From positions 18,327,862-18,387,789 of the forward strand of contig JARFYF010000059.1 in the NCBI GenBank assembly GCA_030265395.1: a stretch of 59,928 nt of DNA. Reading direction: 5' to 3'. Under the pieces are notes generated by a model. That model was not told the origin of the DNA, ran no database searches, and saw only the letters and a list, made by a program, of their open reading frames with translations. Both the position numbers and the translations under genes were made by a program. Shown here one piece after another: positions 40,501 through 52,500 of the stretch (its first letter is position 1; every line of letters begins with the position of its first letter). This DNA is from Rhina ancylostomus (lineage: Eukaryota).

Positions 40501-43500
40501 TATTGATAAGATTGGGGTTATCCCTTTTCTAGAGAAGAGATCCCATGATGATTGGGAATGGGCATCTATGAAAGTATTTTACAGGGTGTCAGTCAGGTCT
40601 TGGGAGCTGAAGCTCTGATCGTGGATTGTCTGGAGCAAGGTTTGAGTCCTGTACCAATTCAGAGGTGCAAATGCTTAGCTGACAAACAACTATTCTTTCC
40701 TGAAAAGTGAACATGATTTACTAACATCAGCTGTTCAGTGTTATCAACCAGCTAAAAGCAATTTTGTACTGAAAAGCTTCTTGTCGAATAATTAGAACTA
40801 ATTGCCTCATTACAGCAGTTCAGCAACTCAGAATGTCATGTCTCCAGATATAGTCAATGTTTGAAGAGACAGACATTTGAAAAACAAAGTCTTGGTTTTG
40901 CTTGGCTGACTTGGCTAGATGTTTTTCATAATTTTGGTTCCCACGATATAAAAACTTTGCAAACCCAAATGCATTTTTTGGCATCTTAATAACAGCTGTG
41001 AATGTCACATATGTGACAAGTCACAAGGAGTTTTTATTTGCAGTTTTAGATTTTCACCATTTTTAGTAATTATATTGAATCCGTTTTTTTGTATTTCTTG
41101 CCATTATAATTTTTTTCTCAACTCTCTTGAAAACCATTAGACATTATACTTTGAGATGCATGCCTCCCTTGAATGCAAAACATTAAGAATTCCTGCTTGG
41201 AAAAAGTAGCATTGAGTTTTATTTATCCAAACTCTAGTCTATGCTGAGTTAGCTGATGTCAAATTCAGTTTAAGAAATCATAAAAACAGTTGAATAAACT
41301 ATAGAAGAGACAATCAAACACATTCACTCTCATTCCAGGAGAATTAAATCAGGAGCAGGCACCTTGAATGAACTCTTCAACTAAAGGAGATAATTGATCA
41401 ACCTTATCTGTGTGGCTCACCTGCTCCCTCGATAAACTTATTGAACCATTAGGGAGCTAACTGAAATATTTCCTCAGATGCTTTTGCGTTTGTATTGCAC
41501 TGTTTGAAGCTACGAACTTAATTCCTGCCTCCACCCCCATATTTGAATTTTGCACAATGGCTCTCCTATCCAAGTTTGGGAAGTGTGGTACTTTGCATGG
41601 ACTTTGGAGGGAATGAACACCAAGCAAAGGTTCATAAAAGTATCTGAAGATATAGATTTAAGGAGGTTTTTGAAAAGGAAAGAAGTAAAAAGGTTATGAG
41701 AGAAGCAGAGAAGTTCAGACTGCAGATGTCTGATTGCTGAAGGCTCTCTGCATTGGTGGAGAGAAAGGCACAAAGTCCAGCGGCAGAAAGGCATAAATTA
41801 GTATGTTGGGTTATTTTGGTGATATTTAATTGTTTCTGAGACAGTTTGACAATCTAAATTTGTAGCTGATGTTTTACTTGCTGCCACTCCTACCATATTA
41901 ATCATCTATTTCATGGTACATTTGCTCTTCCAGTTAATTTTGTCAAGTACGTTGATTGGTACTACACTTAAAATTTAATCTATGTAGGTAAACAAAAGGG
42001 ATACTGTCTTTTAAACAGCATTTTTGTACCTCAACTGATAGAATGCTCTGTTTTTATTTTTACTCGTACTATATTTAAATTTTACAAGTTGAATGTATTT
42101 TATGACATGTGTTTCTAATAAAGGCAATCATTTCACACGGCTACTGTTTTCTGAGCTGGGAAGTCATGTGTATATGTATGTATATGTAGAATTTAATCTT
42201 GCCTCTCCCATGCCCTAAATTCTGCAATGTAATGTGCCTTCAGCTATAAACGCTGGTTTTTTTTTATATCTTTTTTTTTTACCAGGGGATCCATTTAGTT
42301 CTTCAAAGTCAAGAACATTCATCATTGAAGGTACACAGTACCCAAGAAATGAGTATTAATACTTAGCTGTTCCGAGGCATTTTATGGGACAGATTGTTCG
42401 TTCACTCTGCTCCTACTTCCTCCCTTTCACCCAGAGAAGTAACCTCCCCATAAAATGCAACTTACCTGACTTCTTAAAAACATCTTGCAAGTAAATAAAA
42501 ATGATTCTGTCCTACCCTTTTTGCTTCTTATTTTTGAACATGTTTCTTCCTTTTTGAACGCCTCTATCACATTCCTAAACCATGCATGTTGTACAAATGA
42601 CAATCCATTAGGACTTAGCACCTTGAATTTCTGTTAACCACATGCTTTCAGGTTTGCCAGCATTTCATTTTGAATTCGTCTCATTCTGTGAACAGTAGTG
42701 CTGTGTATGGTAATGTTATGTAGATAGAATTAACATACTCTTAGAAATTTATGTGCTTCCTTTGTTTTACACAAGTCTTGGTTCTGATTTTGTTTGAAAT
42801 TAAATTGAAAATCTCATGGCACCTTTAGTGACTGTTTGCTTTGGCTGATTTTTTTTTAATTAAGTGTTTGCGAGACGTTAGAATTCATTTTTCTTCTTAA
42901 CATTGTGATCTTTGTTCCCCTCATTAACTTGCTCCTTAAGTTTTTTGTTATACTCATGAGGAATGTGTAACATGTAGGCTGTGACAACTTTTAGTCTGCA
43001 ACAATATATTGCTAAAATGAATCCCCGTGAAAAGCAGCAGGCAGCCTTGCCATTTCCCTTTGCCAAATGGCACACGTCTGCTGAGTAGAATGGGGATCAA
43101 GGAAGCTGTTGCAGTTGTTTCTAAACTTGGGTAAGTATGAAACTACTAAACTGAAACCTGTTCTTCTGGTCACTTTGATTAAGCAGCAGGAGGTTTAGTT
43201 TATCCAAGTCATTTACTACTTCATGTTTTTGGTCATGCTAACACTACCTTTTAAACTAATTGCCTCAAAAAGGTAATGCATTACTAATATGCAGCTCTTA
43301 GATGGTGCCAGTGCATTGATTCAAAAAATAATTAAATATTTATGCTTGAAGTGAAGCACATGGATCCCTACTCACCCTCCCACTTCTCCATGACTTGCTT
43401 CTTCAGGAAATCTGATGGTGATTTTTTTGAAGTTTTTAACCATTGGATTACATCAGATAGAAACTTGAGTAAAATGTAAATGCTGCAAAATGACCAAGCA

Positions 43501-46500
43501 CCCAGTAAGTATGAAGCCAACAACCAGATTAACCCCTTTACCAGCCTGCAATCATCTGCTGGTATGATTGATGTGGTAGAAGCAATGGAATCCTCTTAAG
43601 AGCAATTGTCAAATAAGTGAAAGGTGGTTCATTAGAAGGAGTGGGGACATTAATACTGAATAAAAAAAGAAATTTGTTCAGCACTAATTACTGGCTGTTT
43701 GAACCAACTTAACAGTGTTTCTGCTATTCCAGTTGAAGTATTAACTATATCCTAGAGACATCTAGTGTCACCAAATCTTATCCCAGCTCCAGTAGAAGTT
43801 TTGTAGGCATGATTAAATCCATGTAGAAATAAAAAAGGCTGAGCAAAATAAATGAAAAATGAACATCAGATTGAAATTTAAGTGTTTAAAATAAGTAGGA
43901 TTTGATTCTATTTTTGGATAACAGGTACTAGATTACAGTAAATAGAAATGGTTTCCTAACATATTTTGTGATATGTTACATGAGTGCTATTCAAAGCTGC
44001 CTAAATGTTAGCTTAATTCTAAGTAAATTTTCTTCAAATCTATAAACATATGTGTAACAATGAAGGGGTTTAGAATTGTTAAAAGCCATTTTGACCAAAA
44101 CCACTGGGCTATGTTTAAGAGAATGACAGTTTATGGTCCTGCTGGTGAAGTGAATTTATGAATGAGTTGCTGAGCCATTCAGACCAGGGAGCTGCTATGT
44201 TCATTTCTGAATCTGCTTTCAGTCCACTTGCCATAGTCAAGACCTTAAAAACTGACATCAGTGGTCTGGGAGGGGGAGTTCTGCCAGGGTACTGCCCTGC
44301 ATACTGTCCAGTAACCCCTAAAAGCAAATGCGCAGCAAGGACAGTCTTGAACTCGGTTGTGATGCTTTCCACAGTTGAATAACCAAAATCACTATTCAAT
44401 ATTGTCTAAAAGAATTGTGGCAAATTGAGGCTTGCCAAATTAAATGTTATAATCACAGCCTAAACTTGCCATTATCACTTAATTCAAGACATGGCATTTA
44501 ATGCCTATTCAGCCATCTGTGGCCAGTTGTTTGCATTGGTGAAAGTGACCATTTAGTGCAGGTTTCATTGTAAATTAGTAATTATTGCAGTCACTGCTCT
44601 AGGTTATTTTAGTGATAGACTGGTACTGTTTTCAGCAAAGTGGGTCTGGGAAAAAAATTACTAAGTGAAATCACCACTGCTGAACAACTTTACAATATTT
44701 ATTCCTCATTCAAACTATACATGCAAATTTGCTCCAAGATTTATTGTAAGGAATTGTTCAGCTACCTTGCAACTGCTTGATTCTGTTCCCAACCCTGACT
44801 ATGTAGTAGTAATGATTATAGAACTTTGGAGTGAATAACTAACAGTGAGAAGGGATGAATAGATGGACTGTATTAATACTATGTTCATCCACATTAGTTT
44901 ATTTGAGAGACCTGACATTTCTGAACACTGAAACTAAAGTGCAAAAGGAACGCAAGTCTAGAGAGAAACAGACATTCAATGAAATATTGTCTACCACTTA
45001 AATGCAAAGTTAAGGTTAGTGGTGTAATAAAATATGATATTACTGTGCTGAATATATATATTGGTGACTGCATTAATATATAATATGGATAGAATTGATA
45101 TTGGATGATTTTATTTTAATTATCCCAAGCAAGACCAGAATAAAGGTAATGTGTGTGTTTAAACTCAAACAATAAGGAAACAGCAGTTAAAGCATAAAGT
45201 GTGATGTAAAAACATAATAGAATGAAGAATTAAAGCTAAAGATGCTGTGATTGAAGAGGACAAAGTTCAGTTAGGCAAGAAGATATCTGGCCTAAATTAA
45301 CTGGCAGAAATGTCAATAAACGTGTCAGCAGTGGAAAATCTTCAAATGCAAGATTGATCAAGTCCATATGTTCCAGCAGATATACAAGAGTTGTATCAAA
45401 GATTTGGGTTTCTTTAGTAAATGCATCAAACTTAAACTAAGGCTTAAAATGAAGGCACATGATAAACATGGCTCAGGCGTGATAATCATGAAGAATATAG
45501 ATGGTGCAGGGAGAAGATGAAACGGGAAATTAAAAAAGCTAAAGGGGAATCAAAATTAACCAACAGTTTNNNNNNNNNNATGGGTCTCACAGGAAATATG
45601 TTAGAAAAATCCAGACGTTTGCCATAAGAAAAAATTGTAGCAGTATGAACACCAAGTTTGTTGACAAGAAGCAAAAGATTAGAGTAAATTGGCATACCCC
45701 CCAGGGGTTACTGCTAGATACACATTAGTCCTTGGTATATATGGTTGATTTGGACATGGTGGACTGCGGTCTCAAAATTTGCTGATAACACCATCTTTCC
45801 ATCAGTGAGGTCTGCAATAATACAAGGCATGGACACTTAAGAGAATTTTCAAATAAGTGGTAGATGTGATTTAATGTGCATTTATGAGGAGAACCATTAT
45901 GAAAGTAGAAATAAAGAATGGTAACAAATAACGTTATTTTCGGTAACTTTTCTAAAAGTAATGTAATCTTGAGTTGAATAAAAGACTAATTAGAAAACTC
46001 TTGAATTTGTATAGTATAGTTTCAAACTTCAGACTAGCCCAGAACAAATGAAATGCAATTTTGATTCATTGACTCAAAGGTAATGTTAGTTTTGTGGCAA
46101 TAGAATACAGTTAGATTTTAGGCATATTGTGATTGGAAGGACATTTAAACAATGACAAATGCATGTCACTTGTTCTGCAGCTGATGTCAAGAATATGAAA
46201 TTATGATCACAAGGAGGTACTTAAAGATTTTATAACATTTTCAACTTAGTTGAATTTATTCTGAGCATTCTGATGCTTTCAAAATTATATAGTTTTTAAT
46301 GGAGTGAATTGCAAAAGGACTATTTCCTCAATTGAAGGAGTCAGAAATGAGGTGTCATTAATTTAAAAATGATCACAAAAAAGGGAAGTTTCTTAGCAGA
46401 GTAATTTGTTATCATGGTTAGTACAGACACAATAAGTAAAACAGAATCCAGAAAGTAACTATTCAGCTTATTGTGCCTGTGTGAGTTCCTTAAATAAGTT

Positions 46501-49500
46501 GTCAAATTTGGTCCACCCTCATATTTATCCCACATATGTTTCCTTTTCAAAAATTATTTAAAATTTCCTTTTTGTTTATGTAAGATCCAATGTTTTTAAA
46601 ACCTGTTCAGGGAGAGTGCAGTCCTGTGACCATTTGAGAGAGTCAAGCCATTGCAATCCTGGTAGCAGCAGCACCTCTGTACAGTCATGTAATACACATC
46701 TCCTCTAACTATTGTACCAGTCCATCACTAACAATTTAGTCCTAGCCTTCATGTTTTATTTTAAAGCCTTGTCTATATTTTCCTTTCCATTTGATTAATT
46801 AAGAGTCTGCTAAATCATTTAATGCATCATCTGTATGGTGGCAGTTCTAGCAAAATTACTGCTGCATTATTTGTGCTTTTGTCAATGGTGCATGTTATGC
46901 ATTTCAACCATTGTCCTCTTCTTATTTTATATTTGGCCTATATATGCCTGTGCATAATTTTATGAAAAGCCTGCATGATAACAGATTGGGCTGAGAAGCC
47001 ATGGCGGGTTTATTGAATGTTTTTTGGGGTTGTTTTTTTAAATACTTTATTCCACAAGTCTGGCAGTAAAAATTAAGATGTGCCTTGCAAGCAATGTATT
47101 CATGTAACAGAGCCAGACGGGATGGAGGGTTGAAGGAAAAGAGAGGGAGAAAATGGATGAGCTGTATTATATAATTCATTAACAAAATATTTTCTTTTTA
47201 AATATCAATATTTAATGCTGCAATCTACTCTCAGCCCTACTGACTGTCTGCCGGATTCAGGCCTAAACATTTACTTTTTTTACCATTTTACTGAATTTTT
47301 TAAAAATCATCCTTCTGTACCAATTCACTAAATTCTACAGGTCTACTGAGTTAGAGCAGCTTCGTCCCTTATTGTTGGCCTACATGAGACAATAGAACCT
47401 TTTTGTGGACTATATTAACAATTTTTGCACCAAAATATTACAGGAATTTAAATATATTGCATATAATGCACCTGTATTCCAGGAATAGTGTTCTAAGATA
47501 TTTTTTATGTGCTAGTGTATTCATTACCACATTAAACTGCTGATTTTAACAGGTTGTAATCATCACATCAGTAAGTTCTACCCCATGACATGAATAGGGA
47601 GCAGTATCATCAGATTTCTGCTCCTATTTGTGATCTCACTAAAATGGAATATCATGATATTGCATGAAGGAGATTCTGCAGAAATTATCTGATCCCAGTT
47701 TGTGTCAGTTAACTATACAGCATCAAGCACCAACAGTGTAGAGCTGAGAGATATCAGTGAGTGTACAAACAACTTTTAAACTGAAGCTTATGAGACAATT
47801 CTAAAATGGGCAGTAACAATCATTTTTCCTAATGTTTCCACTGGGGAAAAAATGTATTGTGTAAGTTTCAGAAAAAAACTCCCATCATTTTTAAATAAAT
47901 TAAGAATAGAGTGGAGTCAATTCATATCAAGATATTTCCATTTCAATAGAGGGAAATGTACTTTACAGTATAATTTTAATATTGATGGTTTCTGGAGACA
48001 AATGAAATAACAGTCAAAATATTGTTAGAAATAAAGCTAGGTAAACTGAGAATGGAGAAATCTTTCTGTCCTAATATTTTTTAAATTGCACCAGTTCAAA
48101 CAAATTTATAGAGTATTCTTTCAAGTACTCAGCATGTAGCCTTAGAGCCCATTGCAACAAAAATGAGAAATCAGCCAGCCCCACATTCTGCTCATTATCT
48201 GCAGACCATGACAGGATAAAATAGAATCCATTTTTGCAGATAGTTAGTCTGCTAATACACAATGCAAAGGCTCAAGAATGAAAAATGGACACCAGGGCAA
48301 AGATACCAGGAGGAGTCCAGAATTATGAATCTGGACTCCTGCAACAAGTCAAGTGGCATGAGAAGGAAAGAAAATTGGCAAGAATTGAAGAGAATATCGG
48401 GTACAGTTTTTGAAGTGCTGCTTTGATTTGAATGCTTAGCACGTTAGACTATACTTTTTACCTACATCTCTTAGCCCAGTCTTAACACATTGCATACAGG
48501 AATTCGGTACAGCTGGTCTGACCATTGAAACTAAGGCAACACCAATTTACCCTTAGGAATAAACATCTACTTATCCTTAGTGATCCTGACATTCAGATGT
48601 TCTCAAAATTTATGTGTTTGGTCTCATTTATTTTATCTATGCATATGTTATTGTTTATGTCAGTAATTTAATTTTGCTCTATGCTTTCATTTTCCCATTG
48701 ATTTCTCACCCAGCTTAATTCACATGGGAGATGCTCTTTCATGGTTTGTTTTCATATATTAACATGGCAGCCTTTTGTGCAGCAGAAGGGTAAGATGAAC
48801 TGTTTTTCTCCCATCATTGGCTTTCACCCAGACACCTTGAACCACTTTGTGGAACCACTTTGGATGAGTCTGGATTTTCCCACAGCCACCTTTCCCAGTT
48901 ATACCCTATAGAAGGGGTCTGGTTCCAAAAACAGAGGCTTTTGGCCACGTATTTGTAACTTGTTTCCTCAGTGGTAGTTGGTAACTGATCCAAAATAAGC
49001 AACCGCGAGAAAAACAAGAATGTTTTTTCTCGCATGCAGCAGCTAAAAAAAAAGAAATATCAGGTTAAATGAGAACCTGNNNNNNNNNNNNNNNNNNNAT
49101 GGATTGGTTATATATAGCATACAGCTTATTTGTAACAAATGGGTAATTGCTAGTGAACATGAACATTTTACTGGGATTAGAGAGATTGGTGAGGCAACAA
49201 ACGTCATAAAAGTAACAAGTTAAAAAATTCGTACTGTCCCTGCCACTCAAGTTAAAAGAATTTGAATTTATAAAGCACTTTTAATCCCCTCTATATGCTG
49301 CAAAATGTTTCTTGTCTAATTTTTGAAATTCATTTAGTAATATTACATGGGCAAACTTGGCAGCTATTTTGCACCAACAGGATCCTGCCAGCTGCAGTAA
49401 AACAAAGTTACAGGCAATCTGTTCTGATGGTGTATACTAAGAGATATATTTTGACTGGGATATCAAGTATTATCCATTTATCCTTTCTCCTCCAAAAAAA

Positions 49501-52500
49501 AGGAAACTGCATAAGCCTATTAGGAGCTTAAATTGATTACTCATCTGAATGATGCATCCCCAATAGTGCAGCAAGCTGGTTTGGAGCAATGATATTGGTA
49601 AAAGCTGTGTGCTCAGTTTTAGAGGTAAAACAATACAAATATTCCTGATGCTAATCTTAGCAAATACATGGCAACTTTGCATCAAAGTTCAGAGCTTTGT
49701 GCATTATGACCTGACTCCGTTAAGGTCGATGGACATATTTGCCCTTACATACAGTCGGGAGCACTTCATAAGAACTCCAATCAAGTGCAAACCACATTTT
49801 GTCAGCCAGTATGAAAAAACACTGACAACACCTACCACTTAGTTGTATTTACCATGTGCCAATCATTTTGCTCTTTAGAAGGAATGATCTACCTTGTTAT
49901 ATTACATTCTTGAAAAGAAATGATCCTTCGCTGATTTTAAATGTAATATAAATGTAAATTTCTCTGATGTTAAATGTATAGTGGAACAAAGATGATAAAT
50001 ATGAAGATTCAGAAAGCTAAAGAGTCATCAAATTGGGCACAGACTGATCAAACATAAGGCAAGGAAAGGATAGATACCATAGCAATAGCTATTAAACATG
50101 GTTTCCTATCATGAGTTCCTGTAGGCTGGGATTGTTAACAGTGCAAATTAGCAGTTCATAATGGCCCATCACATCATAGGAATCATCTCAATAAAAATAA
50201 TCACTTTGATTTGAAGTGAGGCTGATAGCCGACCCTCATCCCCTACTCCCCAAACTCTGAGACTACCAAAGCTATCAATATGATCAGGGACATTGAATAT
50301 CTGTGAACATCAATGACATTTTAAAACAAAACACAAAGTTATTTAAATTTAACATTTAAAAAGCTAAAAAGTACTTCCATGTACTAATAATAATTTAAAA
50401 TCATTAAAACTAACTTAAACACTAATAAAAACAATTACTTATTTTTCTCTTGGGAGTCAATGTCTCCGAATCATTTGAACCTTGGACAGGCCCAGCAAGC
50501 AGAGTTTCCAGTCTGAGAACTTGGAATCCTGTGAAAGATCATGCGGCCCTGTTGGACTCCATGAGGAATCTACTGGAGCAGCACAAGGGCAGTTGTGGTA
50601 ATTGGCAGGTGGAAAATGCCAGTACTGGAAGCAGACTTCCAGATACATACCCAAGTAAGTCCTGGTATTTGCACTGGTGTCAGGGAGGAAGATCTGCCTT
50701 AATAATTTTATACCAATTAACACCATGCCTGTTAGGAATTTTATTGAAGCTTCCCAATTTCACTTCACTTGCCCTTAAAGCTGGCAGCTAAAGAGATATT
50801 CAACAGTGATGATGTGCAGGTCCCAGAGTTGAAAGGTTAGTATGGGATCAACTGCATTATCCAATCCACCGCTGCAGTCACTTCTTGAGTAAAAAAATGT
50901 GAAAGGAGCAAGGGTTTGAAATCTTCAGTTATTTGTCAATTAACAATCTTTAAATGAAGGTTGTTAATTTGTAGCTTTTAATCATTTCTACATAAGGAAA
51001 TTTTTGTAAATATGGAATGCAGCCTTGTTTAAAGGAAGCACTCCATATGAAATTAAATCATTTAGACCAAAAAGGAACTAAGTTGAATTACCCTGTTGTG
51101 TTGGTTGGCCTAAGCAAAATTGGCATTTGGGACACCACCTTGATCTCAGCATTGTTAGGTTATAAAGAGAAACATTCAGGCAAAGTACCCTTTACTGATT
51201 GCTGTTCATTGACCCTTGGTAGATAGTATGGATGTATGAAGCGTAAGGATGACTAGATTGCACTTTGCTATGAATCCTCTTGTAATCCTGTTGGTTGTCA
51301 CTGCTTGGGTACAAATTTAACAGGGCAGAAGGAAGTGCCAGTGAAACCTTACAGCATCAAAGCTTGAGTCATTGGGCAAGGCAGAGAGAAATGGGAAGAA
51401 TATTGCTGTTCCTTAGGCATATTGAGTTTGGTGTGAGAGGAAGGAAGCTTATATTGCCGTATATAAAAATCCAACTTCAACAAAGGCAATAAATCATAAT
51501 GGAAGAGGAAGAGTTTATCTTAAAAACATCATGTTTGTGCCAGTGATTTGGCATATGTATATTTTTTTATCTGCTGCAAGTAGTCAACAAAATGAAAAAT
51601 GCAGTTAGATTGTTGAATCTTAATAAATTGTAAATTTCACTTCCTTCAAGCCCAAGCAAGTTTTTTAATCAGCTTACTTGAACATAGATTTTGCTTTACT
51701 GTTGCAATTTGCATTTATGCCCTAGGGTTGAATTGTAGAGCAGTAATACTAGGAACTATTTGTGACCTTACTCCCCTTCATTTCAAATAAACTGTGCTGC
51801 TTTTATGTGTCCCTGTTGTGCAACTTGTAGCTTGCTCATCTTCAGAGCATTAACCTAACAGCACTTCAATGATGTTCCCTGTTTTTCTTCCCTCCCAACA
51901 AAAAATGACAAGCAAGCACAATTAAGGAGTACTATCAGGAAGTATTATTTCAGTTAAATAACAGGATTATTCCAGCATTTATAAAACAAATTTTGTTTTC
52001 CCTGTAGAAAAGTTCTGTCCTTGGTTAGTGAACACCATTGAACAGTAATGTTCAAGCAAAGACAAGTTTAGACCTGCAGGCATTCAGCCTTTGTTGCAAT
52101 GCTCCCCTGGCCTTTGAGCAATTTGTTGAAAGATAAAGCAAACACATTTACATAGCATCTTACATTATCTAGTGATGTCCCAAAATTATCATAATTATTT
52201 TTAAAGCTTTAATGTTGTTGTAAGGCAAACATGTTGGCCAAAGTCTACACAGCAAGATTTTGCAGTGAAGTGAATAACCAAATGGTTTGTTTCTGTTGGT
52301 GTTGGCTGAGGGATAAATTATGTCCTAGGCACTGGGAGAATACATTTCTTTCTAAATGGTGCTTTTATTTTTCATTTCTGTCTGAAAAAGTAGATGAGCT
52401 TCATTTTGAAGTGTCATTTAAAAGAAGCCTGCAGTGAATGCATCAGTCTACATTATATTCTTAAATCCTATCCTTTCAGTGGGCAATGCAAAGAGGGAAC

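Noticed and set aside
48836-48864. Short direct repeat gaaccactttg x2
   Set aside because: Only two 11-nt units, consistent with ordinary slippage; no larger structure supported
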